64,000 nucleotides of DNA from an uncultured Trueperaceae bacterium (GTDB lineage: Bacteria > Deinococcota > Deinococci > Deinococcales > Trueperaceae). The position numbers and the translations under genes were made by a program. Shown piece by piece: positions 48,661 through 56,810 of this stretch (positions are counted from its first letter, which is position 1; each line of letters opens with the position of its first letter). The DNA lies in contig CAWCXJ010000005.1 in assembly GCA_963799485.1 (NCBI GenBank), positions 32,001 to 96,000 on the forward strand. Reading direction: 5' to 3'. Under the pieces are notes generated by a model. That model made no database searches, was not told where the DNA came from, and saw only the letters and a program-made list of their open reading frames with translations.

Positions 48661-48745
48661 GGTGGTGCGCAGCTAAACTGGTAGTGCGCAGCTAAACCCA
48701 CAGTTGTGTATCTAAACCTGTAGTTGTGTATCTAAACCTATAGTG
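48661..48745. repeat. Degenerate tandem array of four ~20-bp units
   Basis: GTGCGCAGCTAAAC x2, then AGTTGTGTATCTAAACCT x2; all share CTAAAC. Confidence 0.75.
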
Positions 48746-48818
48746 AAGCTGTGCTCACAGGCGGAGACTACACGAGCCTCGCGCGTAACTCGAGGTTTGT
48801 GCCAAGAAAGGAATCATC

Positions 48819-49373
48819 GTGAGCACACCCGCCAAGAAACCGACGAGCCGCCCCAGCGACGAGGCCGACGAAACACAGCTTCAGCAGGCCAAAGCCGAAG
48901 GTCAGGCGTATGTAAAATCTCTGGACTACATGGCAAACGAGGTCGCCGATACGGGCGGCAAACAGCGCGCGGGTGAATACCTGATCGGCTTCGCGCAGGA
49001 GCGAGCCGAGGGGATGTATCGCCTGAAAGAGGGGGGGCTCGAGTGGGTAGAGCCTCGTGACGAAAACTGCCATATCGAAATTGCCGTCGTAGACGCCACC
49101 GACCACCGCTTTATTCCTTACCTGGACATCGACGTTACGGTGACGAATGCGAGCGGCAACGAGGTGACAACCTTCAAGCCGGAGTTTTTATGGCACCCCG
49201 GTTTGTTTCACTACGGCAAAGATATAAAACTTCCGGGTGACGGCGCGTACAACCTGCACGTCAAGATCGCCGCGCCGAACTTTCCGCGTCACGACAAGGT
49301 AAACGGCAAACGTTACGCCGAACCCGCCCAAGTGACGTTCGAGGGCGTGCAGATAAAAACGGGGCAGGAGTAA
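48819..49373 (+). CDS. P19/Tp34-like iron-transport-domain protein without a signal peptide
   Basis: AEGMY, HIEIAV.D...RFIPYL, FLWHPGLFHYG, GDGAY..VKI..P...RHD. Confidence 0.65.
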   Translation: MSTPAKKPTSRPSDEADETQLQQAKAEGQAYVKSLDYMANEVADTGGKQRAGEYLIGFAQERAEGMYRLKEGGLEWVEPRDENCHIEIAVVDATDHRFIPYLDIDVTVTNASGNEVTTFKPEFLWHPGLFHYGKDIKLPGDGAYNLHVKIAAPNFPRHDKVNGKRYAEPAQVTFEGVQIKTGQE

Positions 49374-49383
49374 GATTGCCGAG

Positions 49384-50619
49384 GTGCTTGTGACCTCGTT
49401 TTACACAGCGTTGACCTTGATCGGCGGTCTTTTGCTGCTTTTAGGCGTTACTTCCGGCCTGATTAAAAGAGACCTGTACCTGTCCGAGCCGCTCGTCGCG
49501 CTGCTTTTGGGGGTGCTGATCGGGCCGGGTGTTCTCGGTTTTATCCAGGTCGCCAACTGGGGCGATGAGACCGTCGTCTTGCAAGAGGCCGCCCGGTTTA
49601 CGCTGGCTATCTCGCTCATGGGTGTAGCGTTGCGGTTGCCACGGCGCTACATCTTCGAGAACTGGCGACCGCTCGGGGTGTTACTCGGAGCTATCATGCC
49701 GCTGATGTGGCTCGTAAGCAGCCTGCTCGTCTACCTCATTTTGCCCTTGCCCCCACTTGTTGCGCTGCTTGTCGGGGCGGCGCTGACCCCGACCGACCCG
49801 GTGGTGGCGTCGTCTATCGTGAGCGGGCGGCTGGCAGAAAAAAATATTCCTGCGCGCCTGCGAAACGTGTTGTCGGCAGAATCCGGAGCGAACGACGGCC
49901 TCGCGCTGCCGTTTGTGATGCTGCCCCTTTTACTCCTCGAGGCCACCCCCCGCGACGCCTTCACGGAGTGGCTGGGCCGCACCGTCTTGTGGGAAGTCGG
50001 CGTCGCGACGCTGCTCGGGGCGCTGCTGGGGTTTCTGGCAACGCGCCTGCTGCACTGGTCGTGGACACGGCAGGTCGGTGAAAAGGTACCGCTTTTGGCC
50101 GTTGTACTCTCGCTCTCGCTGACGGTGCTGGGGGTCAGCAGGCTTCTGGAAAGCGACGCGGTGCTGGCTGTTTTCGTGTCGGGCGTAGCCTTTAATCGCA
50201 CCTATCGGGGGGAGGGTGAGGGTCTGGAGCATTTTGCCGGGGTACAGGAGATCGTCACCCGTTTTTTCGAGTTACCCGTTTTCGTGTTGTTCGGCGCAGC
50301 ACTGCCGTGGGCGGCGTGGCTGACTTTGGGTTGGCGGGGCCTGCTGCTGGCAGCAGCCGTGCTGCTACTGCGCCGCCTGCCCGGCTTTTTGTTACTGGGC
50401 CGCTTTATCGGACCGCTACATACTGCCAGGGACGTGCGGCTCCTCGGCTGGTTCGGCCCCATCGGGATTTCTGCGCTCTTTTACGGGGCGCTCAGCTTAA
50501 ACCAAGGCGCAGCGGAAGCTGTTTGGACGGTTGTCAGCCTGGTCACGTTCGTGTCGGTTCTCGCGTTCGGCGTAACGGCGACGCCGCTGACCCGCGCCTA
50601 CGGGCAAAGTACCCGGTAG
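49384..50619 (+). CDS. Cation:proton antiporter (CPA1/NhaP-like)
   Basis: PTDPVVA, AESGANDG, RRLP, GWFGPIG; many TM segments. Confidence 0.9.
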   Translation: MLVTSFYTALTLIGGLLLLLGVTSGLIKRDLYLSEPLVALLLGVLIGPGVLGFIQVANWGDETVVLQEAARFTLAISLMGVALRLPRRYIFENWRPLGVLLGAIMPLMWLVSSLLVYLILPLPPLVALLVGAALTPTDPVVASSIVSGRLAEKNIPARLRNVLSAESGANDGLALPFVMLPLLLLEATPRDAFTEWLGRTVLWEVGVATLLGALLGFLATRLLHWSWTRQVGEKVPLLAVVLSLSLTVLGVSRLLESDAVLAVFVSGVAFNRTYRGEGEGLEHFAGVQEIVTRFFELPVFVLFGAALPWAAWLTLGWRGLLLAAAVLLLRRLPGFLLLGRFIGPLHTARDVRLLGWFGPIGISALFYGALSLNQGAAEAVWTVVSLVTFVSVLAFGVTATPLTRAYGQSTR

Positions 50620-50635
50620 GTATCTGCATAAACTA

Positions 50636-50862
50636 GGCTGTGTTGACAATTCACCGTAACCAGATGAGCGCCGAAGCGAAGTGCAAGAAGCTGAGGTAGT
50701 TACGAGCGAACTTATCAAACCTTGAGAAGCAGCGCCTATACTGCTTGAGCTTGTTGAAAAAGCACTCGCCCAAGTGGCGCTCCTGATACAGTTCCTCGTC
50801 GTAGTCCCGTTGCTCTTCGCGGTTGGATTGGGGCGGAATCACCGCTTCAGCCCCAACCCACC
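50636..50862 (-). mobile_element. IS5-family remnant (transposase C-terminus plus one terminal inverted repeat)
   Basis: AVIPP.SNR...YD.ELY.ERHL.ECFFNKLKQYRR.FSRFDK.A.NY..F...A..LIWLR*, followed by terminus GGCTGTGTTGACAAT next to CTAG. Confidence 0.85.
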
Positions 50863-50883
50863 CTAAAAAACCGCGTAACAAGC

Positions 50884-51462
50884 TCACCCCCGTAAAAAGT
50901 CCGTCGGCGCGTCCTCTAAAGGCGGCAAATCGTCCAGCGACCGTAAACCGAACTCCAAGAGAAACCTGCCCGTCGTCCCGTACAACAGCGGCCTGCCGAG
51001 AACGTCTTTACGGCCCACCACCTTGATGAGTTCACGTTCTTGCAAGGTCTCCAGCGTCGAAGAACACGAACTGCCCCGGGCGGCCTCGAGCTCCCCCCTT
51101 GTGATCGGCTGCTGATACGCCACGAGCGCCAAAGTCTCCAGAGCTGCCGCCGAGAGTTGCGGCAACGGCGGCGGCGAGAGGAGCGCCCCCAAGTCGGGCG
51201 TTAGTACCGGGTCAACAATCAGCCGGTAACCCCCCGCCACCTCTTCTAATACCAGCCCCAGATGCGCTTCTCGCAACGTGCCCCGCAGGTCTTGCACCGC
51301 AGCCTCGAGTTCGGCAGGGGACTCGAGCCCCAAAAGCACGACGAGTTCACGGGGTAAAAGCGGCCTCCCCGCACCCAAAAGCCCGGCACACAGGAGCGCC
51401 CGCCGACGCAAGTTAGCAACGTCTGGACGGTCTAAAATCTCGAGAACAGAAAGTGCGGACAC
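50884..51462 (-). CDS. scpB: SMC-ScpAB complex subunit ScpB
   Basis: EVAGGYR, LSAAALETLALVAYQQPITR, GRPLLYGTT..FL..FGL.SL.DLPPL. Confidence 0.94.
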   Translation of the reverse strand: MSALSVLEILDRPDVANLRRRALLCAGLLGAGRPLLPRELVVLLGLESPAELEAAVQDLRGTLREAHLGLVLEEVAGGYRLIVDPVLTPDLGALLSPPPLPQLSAAALETLALVAYQQPITRGELEAARGSSCSSTLETLQERELIKVVGRKDVLGRPLLYGTTGRFLLEFGLRSLDDLPPLEDAPTDFLRG

Positions 51463-51487
51463 CTACAAGCGTAACACGGGAGGTTTC

Positions 51488-51583
51488 GCAATGAGGCGAA
51501 AGCAACGAGCAGCGCGTAAAAGCTTTTGGTTTTCCCTCATTGCCCACTGCTCGGCACTCATTGCTGCTGTCCCACTTATTGCT
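51488..51583. repeat. Palindromic intergenic repeat, copy B (inverted relative to A and C)
   Basis: Reverse complement contains AGCAATGAGTGCCGAGCA and TGAGGGAAAACCAAAAGCTTTTACGCGCTGCT. Confidence 0.8.
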
Positions 51584-51618
51584 GTTGAGTTTTCAACACG
51601 TGCTGCACCCGCTTTTTC

Positions 51619-51652
51619 TGTAAGAATTTTGTAAGAACTTACTGAGTATTCT
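51619..51652 (+). promoter_or_regulatory. Direct-repeat box TGTAAGAATTTTGTAAGAAC plus -10 TATTCT upstream of the major pilin
   Basis: 11-bp periodic repeat; the -10 starts 28 nt after the box start. Confidence 0.6.
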
Positions 51653-51753
51653 CACTACAGCGAACGAAGAAAGGTTCGCAAAGCACTAAAAAGAGCAACC
51701 GGCCATCCCAAATCCCATCATCCGGGCGCTCGCCAACCCAAAGGAGCAACACC

Positions 51754-52135
51754 ATGCGTAACCGTAAGCAAAACCAGGGCTTCACCCTCATCGAGCTTCT
51801 CATCGTCATCGCCATCATCGGCATCCTGGCAGCGGTTCTCATCCCGAACCTGCTTTCGCACGGCCCGCGCAAACGAACACTGCCGCAAGCCTACATCCGC
51901 AACTGCGTACACAGCTGTTGAAACTGAACCGCGATCCCAGTAACACAAGCCCTCGCCCGCCGACGGTGATTGGACGGTGATCAGCTCGACGGCCTCCGCT
52001 ATCACAGACCACCCCAGCTGCTGTGGACGGCGCTGGCACCTTCGAGTCTGACGGTACCGGTGGCTTCTCGTGACTGCAACAAGCATTACCGGCACTGGGT
52101 TCACCTTCAACGGCTCAACTATGACAGCAAACTAA
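51754..52135 (+). pseudogene. pilA: Major type IV pilin (PilA4-like) with multiple apparent indels
   Basis: RBS AAGGAG; MRNRKQNQG|FTLIELLIVIAIIGILAAVLIPNLL. The frame stops at 51921, but pilin-like text continues in shifting frames (QAYIRNCV, TAVET, VTATSITGTGFTFNGSTMTAN*). Confidence 0.8.
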
Positions 52136-52152
52136 GCCAACCGCTTAATCCC

Positions 52153-52181
52153 AAGGCGAGCCTAACCGCTCGCCTTTTCTC
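52153..52181 (+). terminator. Intrinsic terminator after the pilin
   Basis: AAGGCGAGC-ctaacc-GCTCGCCTT-TTCTC. Confidence 0.75.
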
Positions 52182-52198
52182 TATTGAAAGGCTCATCT

Positions 52199-52417
52199 AT
52201 GCTTACGGTTTTACGCGTCTTTTCAATCGCCTCTATTATCCTCGGGGTGTTCTGGGGCACTTACGCCCTCGCCAACGGCTTCCGCGCTCCCAACGGCGAC
52301 CCCTTTTACTTCATCCCGCAAGCCGCGGGCTTTCTGGTGCTGGGCGCAGCACTCTGGGCGGTGTTCGGGGCGCTGGCGCAGATTTTACGGCGGCTCGAGA
52401 AACTCGAAACGCCTTGA
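52199..52417 (+). CDS. Small two-TM membrane protein
   Basis: 72 aa with two hydrophobic helices; RBS-like GAAAGG. Confidence 0.6.
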   Translation: MLTVLRVFSIASIILGVFWGTYALANGFRAPNGDPFYFIPQAAGFLVLGAALWAVFGALAQILRRLEKLETP

Positions 52418-52838
52418 CCGAACGTGAGAGGTACACTTTAGCTGAGGAGCCTATATCGACGCTGTTTTGGAGTTTGCCGCAAAACAGTTTGCCGTAAAAC
52501 CGGGCGCGCAGACATAAAGAAACTCCCACACATGGCCGGGGGTGAACATGTGCGGAGTTGTCTTGAGAAACGCAGCGCAGACCCGTTTGGACGCAAGCTG
52601 TTTCAACGTGACGCGGGTCTTGGCGAGCGTCACTACAAGTAACGCCGTAAAGCCGCGTTTGAATGCACGGCTAAATCCTGAACCATTTCTGCCGGAATGA
52701 CGCGCCGCACCGACTGTGCAGTTTTTTACATGAAGAAAGCTTTGCCTAATCTTAAGCTTTCCTTAAGCTTTGGTGAGCATCATAAAAGACGCGCCAGGGA
52801 AAATGCCGGGGCGTGCGTAAAAAGGGGAGGCCAACCCC

Positions 52839-52871
52839 AGCCCGTGTGAAGGTACCACGGGCTACTTTTTT
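52839..52871 (+). terminator. Terminator-like hairpin in the leader region before the comZ-like gene
   Basis: AGCCCGTG-tgaaggtac-CACGGGCT-acTTTTTT. Confidence 0.6.
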
Positions 52872-52928
52872 GCCGTGCTGCCGCCTGCGTGGTCAAAACG
52901 GTTCGTGAGACGCTCCGTAAGAATTGGG

Positions 52929-52962
52929 TGTAAGAATTTTGTCAGAACCCGTTTTATAGATT
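52929..52962 (+). promoter_or_regulatory. Direct-repeat box TGTAAGAATTTTGTCAGAAC plus -10 TAGATT upstream of the comZ-like gene
   Basis: 19 of 20 positions identical to the pilin box; same 28-nt spacing to the -10. Confidence 0.6.
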
Positions 52963-52979
52963 GGTGCAGAAGGAGACTT

Positions 52980-55043
52980 ATGCAACCCCGCCCCACCTCA
53001 CCCGTTTTACCTAAAAACCTACCGGCTCAAAAGCCGAAATTCTCTCAGCGCCGGGGGCGGCAGGGTTTTACGCTGGATGATATGCCGGTTTCTCGCCCTA
53101 CACGTACCCGTCAGACGCAGGGAATTGCGCTCGTTATCGTGCTCTTGTCGGCGATGATTTTAATGGTTTCGCTGCTAGCTATCAGCGCGACGATGACGAT
53201 CTCGAGCCAGCGCACGACGGCTGACCAGGGTGTAACCCTGCAAGCGCAGTACGCTGCCGAGGCAGGTTTGGCACGTGCCACCAATAATTTTCTAGAGATT
53301 CAATCTGTGATGCAGCAGCTTCGCGTCAGCTCAGGACAAAATGCCAACAACGTCAACACCCACATTGACAAGTTTTGTGACACCAAAGCAGCAAATTTGC
53401 CGTCAAAATATAGTGACTACAGCAACTGGACAGCAGACGAAAAGAAAGACGGGCTTCCGCTCTGCACCGCCATCAACCTTAACAGTAACGGGAATAGCCG
53501 GTATTCACTTTTTACGGCGTATGTACCTAGCAAAGCTTACCCAAACGGCGCTTCGCCCGGTCAGTACTGGCGGCAGGCTTTCTCGAGTGGTACGGACAAC
53601 ACAGCTACAACAAGAATCGCTGTTGACGCCAAGAGTGGAGCCGAAACCTGGTACACCGTGACGTATGGGCTAATGCCGAAAGGCGTAAGGCTTATGGCAC
53701 CCGACTACTTCCGCTTTTCGTTTGTGGTCACTGTAACAGAATCCGTGGGTGAGGTTCGCGTAGGGCCGCGCGTCGTCGCACGTCGAAAGATCGTACTAGG
53801 CGCTGTTGAAAATCAGTATGTCGATATTGCCCTACCTTCGCTGGCGTCTTACGCGCTGTTTCGTAACAACACCAAATCACTCACCGGCGGGCAGCTATAT
53901 TTTGCGGGCGGCGAAGTGTTTGACGGGCCGGTTCACACCAACGGCACGCCGGGGTTTTATAAGGTAAGCGGCAAAACTCCTATTTTCAAAGACGCTTTTA
54001 CCTCTGAAGCAAAATCCGGCACGTACTTTGGTTATGGCAACACAGCTGACTACGATAGTACGTTTCAAAAATCCGTTGAGTTTGATACAAATAAAATTGA
54101 GCTCCCCAAGAATAGCAACAATCAGCTCCGCGCATCATTTGGCGGAGACGCGCGAGACGGCAAGGAAGTCAAAAACGAAGAACTAAGAGACGCCTGGAAC
54201 CTTGACGAAGGCAAAAAGACGAATAAGGATCCGATGCCAACTGGCGTCTACTACAGCAAAGGCGACGGCAAAAAAGCGAACTATCAAAGCAACTGGGCAG
54301 ATAACGACGACAGCGACGGTATAACCAACAAAGGTGGCATTTATATCAGTGGAGACGTGTCTCAGCTTAAGTTTTCCACGCAGAGCGACCGTCAGGTCAT
54401 CGAGATTACTCAGAGTTCGAAGAAAACGCGTTTTGAAGAAAACGCTAACGGCACCTGGACGGTTAAAGAAAACGGTACAACGGTCAAAACGCTCTCCGGC
54501 ACCTTCAATGGCATGATCTATGTTGATGGCAATGTCCTTGACTTAAGTGGTGACGGTTCTTCAGCTGCCGATGTTGCCAAAAACTCTCAGCTCACTCTTG
54601 CTAGTACCGGCGGCATGACGATCAAGCAAGACATCACCTACGCGCAAGACCCACGTACCGACACCTCAGCGACCAATGTTTTAGGACTGTACTCGAGCAA
54701 CGGCAGCATCTTGGCAGACGGCCCCTCGAGCAAAGACTTGAACATCCACGCCACCATCATGGCCTCGGCGGACAAAGAAGGATTTGGAACAGTCGACTAC
54801 ACAGTCAAAAGGCTATTCAGCAGTCAACAAGCGCGTATCAACTTACTGGGCGGCATCATCGAAGACACATCTCAGGCTGTAGGCACTACAAGTGGTGGCG
54901 GTTACGCGCGTAACTATGTTTACGACCGCAGGTTTCGTTCAGGGTTTAGGCCGCCATACTTTCCTACGCAGCAGGTTTGGCAAACAAACACGAGCCCACT
55001 TGCCAACAAGTCAGGGGTATGGCAACCCGTAGCGGGTTACTGA
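52980..55043 (+). CDS. ComZ-like/PilX-N-terminal large pilus-associated protein
   Basis: QGIALVIVLL pilin-like helix, QAQYAAEAGL, FDGPVHTNG, GIYISG, NVLGLYS, LLGGII, YD.RF..G..PPYFP. RBS AAGGAG. Confidence 0.75.
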   Translation: MQPRPTSPVLPKNLPAQKPKFSQRRGRQGFTLDDMPVSRPTRTRQTQGIALVIVLLSAMILMVSLLAISATMTISSQRTTADQGVTLQAQYAAEAGLARATNNFLEIQSVMQQLRVSSGQNANNVNTHIDKFCDTKAANLPSKYSDYSNWTADEKKDGLPLCTAINLNSNGNSRYSLFTAYVPSKAYPNGASPGQYWRQAFSSGTDNTATTRIAVDAKSGAETWYTVTYGLMPKGVRLMAPDYFRFSFVVTVTESVGEVRVGPRVVARRKIVLGAVENQYVDIALPSLASYALFRNNTKSLTGGQLYFAGGEVFDGPVHTNGTPGFYKVSGKTPIFKDAFTSEAKSGTYFGYGNTADYDSTFQKSVEFDTNKIELPKNSNNQLRASFGGDARDGKEVKNEELRDAWNLDEGKKTNKDPMPTGVYYSKGDGKKANYQSNWADNDDSDGITNKGGIYISGDVSQLKFSTQSDRQVIEITQSSKKTRFEENANGTWTVKENGTTVKTLSGTFNGMIYVDGNVLDLSGDGSSAADVAKNSQLTLASTGGMTIKQDITYAQDPRTDTSATNVLGLYSSNGSILADGPSSKDLNIHATIMASADKEGFGTVDYTVKRLFSSQQARINLLGGIIEDTSQAVGTTSGGGYARNYVYDRRFRSGFRPPYFPTQQVWQTNTSPLANKSGVWQPVAGY

Positions 55044-55474
55044 TGCGGAAGGGTTTTACCGTGCTCGAGCTGCTCATCGTCTGCGCAATTATCGGGATTC
55101 TTATAGCCGTGGGCTTCGTATCGTTTCGCGGCGCGATAGACCGTTCACGCCTGTCCGAAGCGAGCGCCCAAGTCGTCGCCGACTTGCAGCGGGTGAGGAG
55201 CGCCGCACAACGCTACAACCAGAACGCTTCGTTTACGACGGCAGGAAAAACCGTTACCAGCTATACCGTTTCGCTCGGCGGTCAAAACCTTACCTATACG
55301 TTACCGGCGGGTACGCAGCTGGCCTCGAGCGACAAACTCAACCTCACGTATAGCGCACCTTTCGGCGAAGTTGGCATGACCAACACCGACTTGACCCTTT
55401 CACTCCAGAAGCAGCCCACCCAAACCAGAGTCATCAAAGTGTTGGGCGTGACCGGAAAGGTTTATCTAAAGTGA
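55043..55474 (+). CDS. Type IV minor pilin (FimT/GspH-like)
   Basis: MRKG|FTVLELLIV...; C-terminal GVTGKV. Confidence 0.85.
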   Translation: MRKGFTVLELLIVCAIIGILIAVGFVSFRGAIDRSRLSEASAQVVADLQRVRSAAQRYNQNASFTTAGKTVTSYTVSLGGQNLTYTLPAGTQLASSDKLNLTYSAPFGEVGMTNTDLTLSLQKQPTQTRVIKVLGVTGKVYLK

Positions 55475-55962
55475 AGTCAGCGCGCGGTTTTACCCTTATC
55501 GAAATGCTGGCGGCGACAGTTATTCTGGGCGTTATCATTACGGTTGTCCTCGGGCCGCTAAGCCAACTGTTCCAGAACACCAGTCGCAGTGACAGATCGC
55601 TGCAAGCCACAACACAAGCCCAAGAACTCGTCGAGCATATCCGGGGCCAGTGGCAGTCTTATCCGGTCAACCTCGATCCGACAACTTCAGCAGACCTCAA
55701 CGCAGCTAAACGGACCGAGAGTTTGGACAAGTACGACAAAACCTGTTATACCCCGCTTCCCAGCGTAGCCGGCCTAACCCGCATCATCGAAGTGCGTGCG
55801 CTCGACCGTGATGCGGTCGCGGGTAGTGCCCTCACTTTAAATACGAATTGTGCAACGACCACCGCAAGCTCGAGCCCGCCACCTATGAAGCGCGTCAGTG
55901 TTACCGTAAAAACTGCCGACGGGAATCAGAGCGTGCTTACCCTAGACGTACCAAGACCATGA
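55471..55962 (+). CDS. Type IV minor pilin (PilV-like)
   Basis: RG|FTLIEMLAA..., AQELVEHIRGQW. Confidence 0.85.
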   Translation: MKSARGFTLIEMLAATVILGVIITVVLGPLSQLFQNTSRSDRSLQATTQAQELVEHIRGQWQSYPVNLDPTTSADLNAAKRTESLDKYDKTCYTPLPSVAGLTRIIEVRALDRDAVAGSALTLNTNCATTTASSSPPPMKRVSVTVKTADGNQSVLTLDVPRP

Positions 55963-56795
55963 ACCGGGTAAGGACGAATAAGTCCACGCTTAACTGTGCC
56001 GGCTTCACCCTGCTAGAACTCCTCGTCAGCATGGTGATTTTAGGTATTCTGATGCTTGCATTCACACAGATTTTTGGCGGCTCACTTAAAGCAGCAGGCC
56101 AGATCAACGGTCGGAACGAGCTCGTCACTGAGGGCCAGGTCGCACAGCAGCTTATTGCTGCCAGGTTACAAAGTGCTGCTTACGTTTACCCAGCAGGTAC
56201 AACCATGCAGCTGAGTAGTAGTGGACTGACCTCTAAAAACACCGTAGGCCCGAGCAGTGGTCAAAACTGGAAGGTTGGAACCGACCCGATTCTGGCGATG
56301 GTCTTGCCTCCCAAGGCGACAGGAACCTGCAACAACAGTACCGACGTCAACAAAGACGCTTGCTTTACGTTTTACGCTTATTATCCCTACAAAAGGGGGT
56401 CACTTACCAGTAGTGGTTTGGCAGAAGCACCTACAGAGAACCCGGCAAACGACGATCAGTGGGTACTTATGCAGTACAAGAGCTACATTTATGACGGTAT
56501 CACGCGCTCTTCCTTGTCGACTACGCCGCCTTCAGCCTGGTCGTACACGTCTATCCTGAGTGGTGGATCCCCCAATATACGCAGCCAGCCTGCAAACGTT
56601 TTGGTTGATTACCTGCAACCCGCAACCAGTGCTCCAACCTACACGATGTTTGCCATAGACGCGACTAGTGCCACAAAAAGTGTAACACTCAACTTACGCT
56701 TTTTACAGATGAGGGGCACAAAGGCGCTGAGGGTACCCGCCGCAACGGGCTCAGCGCCGCTGAGTACCAGGGTCTATCCGCGTAACTGGTACTAG
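55959..56795 (+). CDS. Type IV minor pilin (PilW-like)
   Basis: AG|FTLLELLVSMVILGILM..., AYVYP.G, C-terminal VYPRN. Confidence 0.85.
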   Translation: MNRVRTNKSTLNCAGFTLLELLVSMVILGILMLAFTQIFGGSLKAAGQINGRNELVTEGQVAQQLIAARLQSAAYVYPAGTTMQLSSSGLTSKNTVGPSSGQNWKVGTDPILAMVLPPKATGTCNNSTDVNKDACFTFYAYYPYKRGSLTSSGLAEAPTENPANDDQWVLMQYKSYIYDGITRSSLSTTPPSAWSYTSILSGGSPNIRSQPANVLVDYLQPATSAPTYTMFAIDATSATKSVTLNLRFLQMRGTKALRVPAATGSAPLSTRVYPRNWY

Positions 56796-56810
56796 CGGTT
56801 TTGTAAAAAC

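Noticed and set aside
48661..48745. Possible mini-CRISPR array
   Set aside because: The units are adjacent ~20-bp tandem copies with no unique spacers, and there are no cas genes in the window.
51658..51700. Possible c-di-GMP-I riboswitch in the pilin leader (GCGAAC..GAAAG..GTTCGCAAAGC)
   Set aside because: Only a short hairpin with loose resemblance; too short for the second stem. An Rfam scan would be needed.
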